A DNA stretch of 64,000 bases from Chrysomallon squamiferum (lineage: Eukaryota; Animalia; Mollusca). The translations under genes were made by a program, and so were the position numbers. The stretch covers positions 2,418,001 through 2,482,000 of the forward strand of contig CM022671.1 of assembly GCA_012295275.1 (NCBI GenBank), written 5' to 3'. Under the pieces are notes generated by a model. It searched no databases, was not told the origin of the DNA, and saw only the letters and a program-made list of their open reading frames with translations. Positions 45,274 through 57,733 of the stretch are shown here, piece by piece; position 1 is the first letter of the stretch, and every line of letters begins with the position of its first letter.

Positions 45274-48200
45274 TCAGTTTAAAAAGGGCTGATCACTCTA
45301 AAAAAAAGAAAAATCACAACAGTAGTTATAATAGCAGTAACAATAATAGTTGTAGTGGTAGTAGCTGTATATAGTAACAGTATTAATAAAAGTACTTGTA
45401 GTAGTAGCAATATATTTGTATAGTGGTAATAGTGCTGTTAGAAGTAGTAATAGTAGTTACAGATAAAAGTATTATTAGAATTAGTAGTAGAGGTAGTAGT
45501 TGTTAATTTATATATATATATATGTATGTATGTATATTAGGCATCAGACATTGTAGAAATCGGCATGAATTAAGTAGTTCACTGTGTTAAATGTGAAAAA
45601 GCTTAAGGGATTTATTGAGACTAATCTTATTTTAATATCACTACAATATTTTCCTTTACCTCTCCAGTGGACGTATTATCTTGGTTCTCTGTGCAGATTT
45701 CTAGGAAAAAATAAAAACATTTTTAAATAATTTTAATTTTTTTTTATTTAAGCTCATGACATATTATCAGTAAAATATTATAAAAATACACACAACAATA
45801 GGAAGAAAAGCAGTAAAAAATAATTATAATTAATAATTAATAATTAAATGAATACATTTCTAAAGAAATTAAAAACTGTTAGAATTTTTATTTGTTATAT
45901 CATAATACATTTTTTAGATTATTTGTGACAGTTATATTTTCAGGTAATTTAAGATGTAGCAAAGAACATACTGAAGTATACTTAATCTTAGATCTTAAAT
46001 ATTAATATATCACTCACACCAACAAATTGGTTTAGCACATACAGTACTTCTAACTAGATGTTTACATTAAGTTTATGTTCTAAATATAATAGTGTATAGA
46101 ATATATACTGCACAATGGATAATTTATTTTATTTTTATTTTTAATGTGAAATCATAAACTTCTGCTGAAATGTGATACTGACACTAAACAGTTTTTCTTT
46201 TAGTAACAATAATTAAAATATCATAAACTACCTTAATCTCCTGAGATAGTATTATTAGAAAGATCTCAGCCATACTAAATCTATGTAAAATGTAAATCTG
46301 TATTATGTCAGTACATTAATCTGATATCATATTATTATAATAATATAAAAAGCTTAACTTTTACTACCGAAGTGTTTAAAACATTGACATAATATGCAAA
46401 TGAAATCATACTTAAATACTAATAGATGTATAACCTAACAACTGGTTATGCACTGAAAGTAAAATAACAAAAACTGTTCCAGTCTTGATTAAAACATCTA
46501 AAACACAGCTAGACAGGTAATCTCAGAACATTCTTAAAGATTCAACAGTCTTTTCATTTCTAAAACAATGATGAATTAATAAATACTCACTTTTCATTTT
46601 CTTACTCCACAATCTAAACTTGCTTTCAATACAAGAACTAGATTAACAACAAAATAGAAAAATCCAACTATTATATTTGATTAATAAAACATCACAAAAC
46701 AACATTATTATTATTAAAAGAAAGCATAATTTTATTTAGTTTTTCAAAATCAGAAAACTGAAGATTGTTAGAAAAAGGTCACTGGTATACTTTATAATAA
46801 TTTTAAAAAAAGTTAGATTTCAGAGAAAGCAAAAATTTTATCATTTAATACAGTGCTATAGAGAAATAATATAAACCTACCCCAATGCAATTCCAATAAG
46901 GAAGAATGCAAAATATGAGGGAAACAAGATGAAATATGATAACAACAATTCCCACAATTCTGTGTCTGAAACAGATTATAAAAAAAAATAAAAATAAAAT
47001 AAATTATAATAACAATAATGATAATAAGTAAATACATTAAAATCCAAGAACTGATATAACTGTAGATAAATACAGTAAAATTTGGTAATCCTAAAATATT
47101 TGGAAAAATAGAAATGCAGAATGTTTGAAATCTTGTTTATTAATACCATCCAGTGACTTACATAAATATATGTTCACAAATCCTGTGATTAATAACAAAA
47201 AGACGGTGATTATTTTATTAGACAATACAATTAAAAATCAATTTAAAAAATCAGTTTAACATTTTAGTGATATGTATGGAGTTTATTGCATTTTAAATAA
47301 ATAAATAAATACCTGCACTGTCACACTTGACTCCAGTGTATCCAGCCAGGCACACACAAGAACCATTTCTGCTACAGGTGTGATTCACACACCCAGGTGC
47401 ACATCGCTCGGCACACTTTGGCCCATAAAAACTAACAGCACAAATATTACAAAATTTTCCTGAAAATCCCTCTTTGCACCCATCAAAGCAGGTTCCATCA
47501 TAATGGCAAGTTTGGTTCATACACCCACTGCTGCATGTTAGATTGCATGTTTGTCCATTATGTCCACGTTTACATTCATTTACATGTTCAGACTTATTTT
47601 GTTCATGAATCTGGTCGGTGCATCTATCTCCCTGCCAGCCTTTTTCACATCCATCATGACAAGACCCACTTTCCCGATGACAGCTTGTTTCATCTTTACC
47701 AGTGCGACAATGAGGGGGACATGGCTTATCACAGTTTGGTCCATAGAAATTGTGTTTGCAAAATTCACAAAAACCAGTAGTTTTATTACAGCCATGTTTG
47801 GTACAGTTTATGCATGGTAGAGTACACATTTTACCATGCCAGCCAGGTATGCATGCCTTACAAGTTCCATTACAGTCAGAGCAATTGTAGCTCCAACTTT
47901 TTAAATCAGAAACTGAATCTGAAATGAAATTAAATGATTTTGTTTTCTTAATTGTACCAGTAATAACAATATCGAATAGCCTAAGTACATTTTAGAAAGC
48001 TCTTACTGTTACATTTCTTAACTAGCTGTTTTTGTGATAATTTTTATATGTTTACTGTACCTAATGATTGATAATGATATTAATAGTTATTTCTGTATTT
48101 TATTATTTGTCATGTTCATCGATAAATGTGAGGATTATTCTTCAAATAAAGTCGAATGATAAGGAGTACATTATCACTTAAAGGAAATCTCTCATGAAAT

Positions 48201-49199
48201 ATGTAATAATGATATTTTGAGAAAACTGTTCCACAGAATAACATTTCAAGTGATATAATGTATGAATCTGGCTCTAATTTAACAATATAAATTTGTGTTC
48301 TTCATCCATTTTTGTTTCCTCATTTAAGTTTTTAAAGTCTTACAATTTTCAACAAAATGTATGTTTCCAAAGTTTTGTATGTATGTGTGTGATGAGTAAC
48401 ATCATACATTACATCACTTATACATAAATAAACTTACATCTTGTGACTTCGTTAGTGCATGTTCCTGATTCTCTATCACACTGTTGGCCTTCTGAGCAGT
48501 GGCATTTCTTATTACAGTAATCTCCATAGTATCCTGTAATACACTGTAAGCAGGAACCTTCGCAATAGGAACAGTGCTGATTCTCTGCAATAACTAAAAA
48601 AAAAAAAAAATCATATTAAATAAGTGGATATTTATAATATGCTTACACGTTCATATACTTATCCATGTAAGCATTATAATGTACTAAGAGATCAGCATAT
48701 TCATAAATTTATAAATATGTGCAGATGTTTCATGAATATTTTGTTACTCTCTGTAGATGAAATTATAAGATTATTAACATATTGTTGTGGTTGTATATTT
48801 AGCATATTTTAAAAGTGAATTAATGCAAAGAAGATTCATATTATCGTTCCTCTGTCTACAGTATAATTGTTTAACAAATTTATTAATATCTTTGTGGGGA
48901 AAACCGGAAAAAAATCTAAAATTAGCCACAAGAACAAACAAACCATAAGATTTAATAATAAAATAAAAAATAAAAAATAAAAAATCATTTTAAATCTAGT
49001 CTTCCTTAACTGAGATAGAAACAAAAAGTTGGTGGCACTGAACTTGATTGGTTCAAACTCAAGCTAATCACTAATAATATATTAAACAAAACTAGGCCAC
49101 AAACATACTTTAACTACAACTGAACTTACCATTTATTGCAGGACAGTCTACCGTCACAACTATTATGATTAAAAACAGTAGTATAACAACGTACATCAT
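45274..49199 (-). CDS. EGF-like repeat (MEGF/SCARF-like) type I membrane protein 2, ~334 aa, short Tyr-free tail
   Basis: Exons 49199-49130 (signal MMYVVILLFLIIIVVTVDC), 48593-48438 (QHCSYCEGSCLQC, paralogous to receptor 1), 47918-47313 (EGF repeats), 46965-46881 (TM LLLSYFILFPSYFAFFLIGIALG), 46613-46591, 45700-45660, 45297-45274 (SDQPFLN*). All GT-AG and phase-compatible; the tail exons are less certain. Confidence 0.82.
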
Positions 49200-50135
49200 A
49201 ATTTTATTTGAAACTGTACTTGACTACAAATTTAATGAGACGCAAGAATCTAGAATTTTCTATACGGGTAGAGGGGAGATACCCGTATTTATAATCATGT
49301 GACTCAAACGAGATCTTAAATATGTGATATTTATTTATTTATTTATTTTGTTCATGTCTATTTTTAATTATTATTATTATTATTATTTATAATTTAAAAA
49401 AATAAAATAAAATAAAATAAAATAACAACAAAAACAAACAACCTAAAAAAAAAAGAGAGAAAACGAAGAAGTAATCTTAACCGTTTCTACTAATAATAGC
49501 ATACGGAAGTACAAACCTTTGCAGTCAAATTTGAAACATTCAGGAATGAAAAAAAATATATATTTAAACAGGTTTGTTTGCATGAAATTTAAATGATTAA
49601 TTTTGTATATAATTTTAAATGATGTCTTATTTCACTCTAAACATGTCTTACTTAATCCTGTCACGTATCAAAGATAAATGTTCTACGCACTGACTGTGGG
49701 TCTCCTTACAACTGAACAGGAAATATTTTATTGTCATTGCTCTAAAATGCCAGCTTGTCGTGAAAATCTTCTGCCACATCCACATTAAAAATCAATTACA
49801 TACCGAAAATAACTGACATAAATTTCATTAATAATTGTACTTCTTTGAATTTATATCAAAATATCTTTATGGTTTCATTGTAGGTGACGTGAACTCAGTT
49901 TTTTTATTCGAAAACTTGATTATTTACGTGTATACAACACTGTCAGTGCAGTCAACAACTGAACTCATAGAGGAGGCGATATATACATAAATATATATAT
50001 ATATAATGTTTTATTTATTTATTTATTTATTATTTATTATTTTCCCCAGCTAATGACAAACAGTAGACTATTCAGATCAGCCATGCCACGGTCGTTACGT
50101 CGAGAACAAAATTAAAATGTAGAGAGTAATCAAAC

Positions 50136-52592
50136 ATGTTTTTAACAGGAATATTTCTTGTATGGTTTGGTTTGTTATCGGATGCTTCGTTCTCAGCTAA
50201 AATCGGCGACAGAAAATGCGCCCCATCGTCTGTCGATATGAACACATTACAACGTGCAGGCTGTCCACACGGATGTCAGGATGGCTACAGGGGAAGACTT
50301 TGTACCAGGCGTTGCTCCAAAAATTGCTTAAAATGTGACCGTGATTCAGGAAACTGTTTTGGCCACTGCCTGAAAGGACATTTTGGTAATGGCTGTGACT
50401 ACCCCTGCTTCCATTGTGACCTTTGTGACATAAATGGAAACTGCGTGGAATATAAAACTTCTAAAACAGTACAATATACTACTTCAGAGAGACCGAGTGA
50501 GTGTTCAGTTTATGTAACTGCAGTCATAAGTCGCTTAACGTCCGTTTGAACAACATCCATAGCCGATAAAAATAATAAGAAAATAAAGCTCTTAGATAAA
50601 ATAGACAGTGCTGTCAAGCGGATGGTGTTACAGTAACTCTAATAAGATATAAGAAATGCCTTTATTACTAGTTTGTGGGGGGGGGTGTTTTATATGTGTG
50701 TTTTTTTGTTGTTGTTTTTTTTTTTTTCTTCTGTTTGGCTATTGTAGTGTTCAGTGCAGTACTTTCAATTTAATTTCCTTACTTAAAAAATACATGTACA
50801 CTACAATATTCCACATACACGAAAGTTTAAATAAAAGGTTCACATCGTGATATTTGGTCTAGGATGTCAATCGACGCATGACTGCATTTTGGATATTGTT
50901 TATTTTCAGAATAACCGAATTTAGGTGTTTAATAGTTTTGAATAAGAGTACAGTATTCCCTCGCTATTCGCGGGGGTTACGTTCTTTACCCGCGAATAGC
51001 GAAAAACCGCGAATATTGGATGCAGTTTTAAAACGTCTATTATGAGATTATATACGGTACTAAATGCTTCCCAAATACTTTCTAAAGACACTCTTACTCA
51101 TTAGTACAGTAATAATGTAGTAATATTGCATGCAGTTATGTATTTCACTAATGTAGTAATGATAATGTAAACACATTTTAATTTTGTACTGAAACAATAT
51201 TTTAATCAGAAAGAAACGTAAGTACATGAAGACAGTAACACCGCATAGCATAGTTACCCATACAGTATTACTGCACCGTAAAGTCATTTTCTATGCGTAC
51301 AACATATGTATTAGAATTGACAGAAAGTGGAACAAATTTAAAGGCAAAACAGACAGATAAATACAGTACGCACAGTTCAGGTAATAATATGCAATTAAAA
51401 ACATTATTAATACACGGTCACAAAAAATATGCACTGTATATACAGTGTATGCATTTATAAAAAAAATACGTACTGTATTGCAATAATAATTGAAAAAAAT
51501 TGATATTGTTTGTGCGGTTTACCGAGCATTTGTTTTTATGACGTTATGACACTAGCCTGGTATACCAGCATACGATGCGATATGGTTAAGAGCCTAACCC
51601 GCGAATATGCGGGGCCGCGAATGGGGAACCGCGAATAGGTGAGGGTATACTGTATTTACAATTGTGTGTTACGGTTTGAAACACTTTTGCTATACATATG
51701 TAATGCCTTATCCGAAATGCTTGGATACGAAAGTGCTTCAGAATTACGTTTTTTTTTTGTATTTTTGGAATATAAGGCAATAACTTAGAATAGTATCTAA
51801 GTCGAAGCACGGAATCCATACATAATTCATATTAATATTATGACAGGCGTTCGGTTAACTTTATACTGTTGTTTTAACTATTCTGAAGAATGTTTTGATA
51901 TTGTAATACAGCGCTGGAACAAGTGACAGACACGTGACTACGTACTGCAATGGAGACTGGAGTTAACTGAAACACTGTGCAAGGAAACCTGCTGTCGAAT
52001 TTCTTCTTGTTTTTGTCTGTTATTAACGTGATTCTGAGTATGTATTTTATTGAAATGAATATTTATTTATTTATTTATTTGCAGATGCTGTAGTCACTTT
52101 CAGGACAACTATTCCAGAAACAAGTATTCTGGGAGTGACTTATAGTACAAATATTTCAGAAAAAAGTACTCTGAAAATCAGACACCAAATCTTAATAATT
52201 GCGCTGACTATAATATTTACTCCAGTTCTTGTTCTCATATTGTTCATCTTGGTAAGACGGGTAAAGAAACGCATACACTGCAAAGCTGGGTATGTGATAA
52301 CTGTTGCCAGTTTGATTTTATCATTATTTAGTAGAGACAAGAAACTTCTTTACGATTGTATAATTAAGGATCAGTGCAAGATTTTGCCTTCTTTTGTAAT
52401 TTATGATCATATAACCAAAACATTATTTTGGAGTGATGTTAGATTTCTTCTGGTAGCAATAATTATTAATTTTATTTATTTATTTATATATTTATTTTAT
52501 TGTTATTTTGGTTTTAATCATGTAACATGAAACTAATCGATGTAAAGCAGCGTAACATTAGATATATTTTCTTTTAATTTTCTCTAAATTTG

Positions 52593-52650
<58 letters not shown>

Positions 52651-53394
52651 AATTTGTAAATGAAACACTGTGAGATACAAATAGCAATACTTAATGGGTA
52701 ATTTATTCTAATTTGAAATAAAAAATTGATTCAAATGCTTGAAAATTATTATATCAGTGAACTGTTGTGCTGACAGTTTCGTATTATTTTGTGCTTCAGA
52801 TCTAATGTGAATCAAGGAACCACAACCCAAGAATCGATGACTAATCAGTCGGAGAACTCGCACACGTATGATGAGATAGATGACCGTTACTTATCATGTG
52901 CCTCTTTAAATAACGAGCAGCAAAGTCTCACCAACCTGGACAGTTCTAATCCACTCCCGATTGCTTCGAACTTTCTCGAATTAATATCTAACAGGCAGAA
53001 TATGAATGGATTTTGCTATATAACAGATCACACTCAAAGCAGGTACCGTATGGACACATCATTTAATAACACAAATGTTGGAGAATCTTTAAATGCGGAC
53101 ACGTCTGAAATGGAAAATATGCTTCCTGCGTTAACGTGTACAGGACCAATGAGATTTCAGAATGGTCATCTAGAGCCACAAATACACTCTGTTTTTTCGG
53201 AACATTCCTGGGAAATGAACAGTGACAATGATGGATCAATAAAAGAAAGCACTAAAACATCAACAATAAATAAACCTTATGTTATGTCATTGCTAAGCAA
53301 TGACTCTGAAGAATGTTTCCTTGAGAATGATTTTGATGAAAAAACTGGAGAAGAAACAGAACTGTTTTCTCGTCTTAAAATATTTAATGTATAA
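50136..53394 (+). CDS. EGF-like repeat type I membrane protein 3, ~386 aa, long Tyr-motif cytoplasmic tail
   Basis: Exons 50136-50496 (signal + ~2 EGF-like repeats), 52085-52289 (Thr-rich stalk, TM ILIIALTIIFTPVLVLILFILV, stop-transfer RRVKKR), 52800-53394 (~200-aa acidic/Ser-rich tail with HTYDEIDDRYL). Phases 1 and 2 match. Confidence 0.85.
50951..51652. mobile_element. Tigger/pogo-type MITE in receptor 3 intron 1
   Basis: TA TSDs; TIRs CAGTATTCCCTCGCTATTCGCGG and revcomp CAGTATACCCTCACCTATTCGCGG; subterminal CCGCGAATA repeats. Confidence 0.88.
51706..51775 (+). mobile_element. Tigger4/MER46-like terminal fragment
   Basis: ccttatccgaaatgcttgga..gaaagtg.ttcaga...ttttggaatat resembles the Tigger4-type 5' end, from memory. 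Confidence 0.4.
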
Positions 53395-53912
53395 ACTTGA
53401 CTAACCAACATGCTAGAAATAATCTCCGACTGTTCTAGACATTTTAACATTTAACAATAAAATACTCTCTATGTATAATAATTTATCCGCCTATTTTTCT
53501 ACCTTTCTATTTGTGTCTTTCTATTTTTATTGTCTAGCCTATAAAATATATTAATGATAGTATGACAGAAGATTCTTGCCACCATAATTAAATTAAATAC
53601 ACATAATTGTAATTAGTTATAAACAAACTATTTTTAATTTTCTTATTTATCCTAATGTGAATAGTGTGTTTGGATCAGCGGAGACGAGAAAAAGCTAAAT
53701 ATATTTTATTTAAAACGTAATATTGACAAAGTAATTAGGTATACACTATTACTAATTCAATTACATATATATATATTTTACAGAGAGAGAGAGAGAGAGT
53801 AAAAATAGAAAGACACAAATAGAAAGGTAGAAAAATAGGCGGATAAATTATTATACATAGAGAGTATTTTATTGTTAAATGTTAAAATATCTAGCATGTT
53901 GGTTAGTCAAGT
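53395..53912. repeat. short inverted repeat in the 3' UTR of receptor 3
   Basis: 53395-53529 is the reverse complement of 53800-53912, near-perfect apart from a 22-nt indel; loop ~270 nt. Confidence 0.93.
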
Positions 53913-53923
53913 ATATATATATA

Positions 53924-54545
53924 TTATTGATCCATTCATTATTATGTAGTTTAGTTTTTCTATTTAATTAAAAGATATGTAGTGTACTTCTATATTAATA
54001 TATGTCATGTTTAGAACATGAACGTTTTGTAAATATTATTTAAGAAATTACTACTGTAATAACAATGTCACTGTTTAAAACAATTATGGGTTAGTTGCCC
54101 CAAAATTATGTAGTAACTGTAGTCTTGATAAACAAAACAATGAATCTCGCTGACCATTTGGATTTATCAGATATATATATATACATATATATATACAACA
54201 AGCCAAAAACAGACACATATACATATGTACACATACTTAAATATAGGCCTATGTATATAATGTTTGTGTGTGTGTGTGTGTGTGTGTGATGAATACAGTT
54301 TATGATGACTACAGTTACTATATGTATATCCAGTCTACAAAATTAGTGTTTATAAAGAGATGTTGGCTAATTATGGTAAGGCTATAAGTCCAATTTTTCG
54401 AACACTGAGCAAACCTTTATATATACATATATGTGTATATGTGTATATGTGTATGTGTATATGTATATATGTGTATATATGTATCTGTATATGTGTATAT
54501 ATGTATCTCTATATGTATATAAATATATATGTTTATATATGTGTT

Positions 54546-54591
<46 letters not shown>

Positions 54592-56531
54592 TGTGTGTAT
54601 ATACAGTTAACATTTTATTTTGTCTGAAGAGAGCAAGGCATTGCACTCTGGCCCTTGACATTGCAGAACCTTAAACAACTGTCAGTGAAAGTAAGCATTT
54701 TATACTTGGTTAATAGTGGTTCCATATATGTGCTAAAGATCAGCTAAGATCAGTAATTAATTTATTGTTTTCATTTTAATATGTCTACTAAAAAGAATAA
54801 TTAAGATATTATATATTAAAGATGAGACAGTAATTATATTTTACTGGTGGACTTGGCATAACTTTAAGTGTAACAGTGGTTACAGTTTATAATAATTAAA
54901 GTGATCTGTATTAGTTTTCACACTGAAATATATTTTAAAATAAACATGACTGATACACTGACTATTTTCTCAGTAAACTCAGCTGATTCATATTCATTAT
55001 TTCTGTTCAGTGGGCGACACTGGTCATGTGGGATAAGCGCTACTAACATCACTATTTACAATACTGCATATATTTTATATTTATGTGTAATTTTTAATTT
55101 TGATGTCTAGTAATTGTATTTTTATTATAACAGTTATTCTTTATTTTTGTTTTAATGTGTCGATGATATTATATTTATGTTTTCAATATGACCATAAAAA
55201 AAATAATAATTACACGAAGTTCGTGTATATATGTCTTTAAAATGTTTATTGTTCAATTATCATTAATCCCTTATATATGTATAATGAATTTTTATAGAGA
55301 CTTTTATACAATGAAATAGTTAACATAAGCACTAGAAATGATTACAGGCAGATGTATGGTATTGGTATTAGTATGCCAAGTGTCCAAATGCGTGAAATAA
55401 ATAAACATGAAATCATCACAAAAATCTGGTGTTAGCTAGGTGTTAATGCATTACTACAAAAGACAATAGAAGCCTGGTATTACATAAATAGAATTTCTTA
55501 AGTGATTTTCTGATCACCTATTTTATACTGATAAATTATTTCATTAGCATCAGAGTGAGTGGGACTATATTAAAGACGTTAAAAGTTTTGTATTATGTTA
55601 GTTATACTTGAACTATGATGATGATATCATGTACTAATATGGATAGGGAATATTGCATTGTAGCAGGCGTAATCATGGATAACTCCTCACCAAAACCATG
55701 ACTAATGAACTTTAACAGTTAATATTAATATTTAACTGCATGTGACTGACTTATTCTTAGGTTTGATTGTAATGAACTGTGTATTAATATGTATTTGCAT
55801 ATTAAAAAAAGTTATGTAATAATAAATCGAACTAAAGAAAATGATGAAAATGTCTGATTATGAGGTATCACACAATTGATGATGATAATGAAATTTCACC
55901 GTGTAAAAGTGAAAAACTTTTTCATCCTTGGATTGGGCAGTTTTGCAGTAGTTGAATTCAAAACAAAGAAGCATGTTTTCTTTAATGTGCATTTTGTTAA
56001 ATTCATGGAAATGATATCTCTTGCAAGCACAGAAACTATTTTGTGTGTTTTGTTAATTTTTTGGTGATTGTTGAAATTTGTTACAGAAGTGTACTGCATT
56101 ATAATATGCAGTGGCTGTGAAAAAAAAAGTCTATAAAAGTATCAAATAATTTCATTAAAAATAAATAAATAAATGATTCCTTACCACTGCCGCTTTGAAA
56201 TTGTAGCTGTTTCTGTATTAAATATTTCATACCACTTAAATTTTTATTAAGAGGGTACAGTTAATGGAACTGCCCATTAAATGACGACTGAGGATCTTAA
56301 ATACATCATTATTAAATAATAATAATAATTATAATAACTACAATAACAAAGACAATAACAACTGTGATGGCATAATTGTGTAATTATTTATTAGACGTCT
56401 TTCTCAAAGTAATTAAGTTCCAATGTCAATCATTAAATAGACACTTAGATTTCCTTTCTTCGTGTATTTAATTATATAGAAATCATATAAATATTACTCA
56501 CTAAAAGTTAATATACAAGGTCTTTAATTTC
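53924..56531 (-). repeat. right arm of large inverted repeat
   Basis: Reverse complement of 42518-44816; it also holds a ~250 bp segment (~55290-55545) missing from the left arm but present in copy A (~41620-41870). Confidence 0.92.
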
Positions 56532-57202
56532 TTTATGATGATTATTCATAATTATGAAATCAACTGTACTCATTTTCGACAAAGGCAAAAATAGCGTTAT
56601 GGTACATTAACGACCATAAATACAAATTACTGAGTTAGTAGCTGATGAAAATTCACAACTTACTAAAGGTTTTTGCTTCACATTGGTTATACATAGTTTA
56701 AATTGTAGTAAAGGATTTTTCTTTCTTTCTTCTTTTTATAACCGTATTTATTTACAAAATCCAGTGATTTACATTTTCATTCTGGTAGTGATATTATGCA
56801 ATTTGTTAACTGCTTTATAATATCATGTGGCTTTAAAGATTAAAATAATACATTTTTTAAAGAATATAAATCCTCTAGTGTGGGAGTCCAGTAGAATGCA
56901 AGGTATATAAATAATGTTTATAACAAAAACAGATAAGTATATCCTTTTGACAAACCATGCCCACTAAAGCTCAGCTGGATTGCTCCTACAAGTAATGTCT
57001 CTACTACAACCAATACTACTAATAATAATTATTTTTATTTAATAATTATAATTACAATAATAATAAAAGCAGTATTGATAAAATATAATATTTTTACCTT
57101 TAAAACAAAGTTATATAGTTGTAACCTAGTTCACGCGATATATAGTTTATTATTATTAATTAATGACTCTTCTTTTCCTTTCTCTTTCTTTTGTTTGGAA
57201 TG

Positions 57203-57733
57203 CTACAGAATCACGCATTTCTTACGTTCTGCCAGCAGTTGCTCAAGTTCTGGATGTTCCTCGGAATATTGCTGACGTAGATGGTCAAATCGGTCCTGAT
57301 AGTACAGTAAAGGTTTGTCATAGTTGTTCAAAATCCAGCAATTTGTAAAGAACATAATCTTCACGACTCTTTTCACCTCACCGCAGATGACAATTTCCCT
57401 CGCCGCTTTGAAACGATCTTCGTTTCTTCGGATATCAAAAAACTCGTTGTCATAGATTCCACACATCGTGTCGTCGTTAAAGATGCACTTATTTAACAGC
57501 GTGTCGGGTGACAAGATGTAACACAATACTAATAATGTGTCAATGTCAGACTCAGACAAAATTTTCGAATTCTTGTAATCTCTCAAACGTTTCATGATTC
57601 CCTGTCGGCCCATGCCAAGTGTGGCTGACATACAACTGATGTAATACATAAGTCTTGCTGTTGGGTTATCCTCAGGAATTACGATATCAAATCCAATGCC
57701 CTTAATATTGTCTCTGTTACGTATTTCAGTCAT
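57203..57733 (-). CDS. uncharacterised 176-aa protein with C-terminal CaaX box (KKCVIL); CDS intronless
   Basis: Stop-free, GC-richer ORF. Likely start MTEIRNRD at 57733, downstream of an acceptor-like TTACCAG at ~57755 (possible 5' UTR donor GTAAGT at ~58126). Globular-looking composition ending in RKKCVIL*. Confidence 0.78.
   Translation of the reverse strand: MTEIRNRDNIKGIGFDIVIPEDNPTARLMYYISCMSATLGMGRQGIMKRLRDYKNSKILSESDIDTLLVLCYILSPDTLLNKCIFNDDTMCGIYDNEFFDIRRNEDRFKAAREIVICGEVKRVVKIMFFTNCWILNNYDKPLLYYQDRFDHLRQQYSEEHPELEQLLAERKKCVIL

Noticed and set aside
41984-55110. Three near-identical ORFs (41984-42256 -, 43684-43911 -, 54901-55110 +) as a small gene family
   Set aside because: They are by-products of the DNA repeat: stops differ between copies, composition is AT-driven, and there is no domain or splice support.
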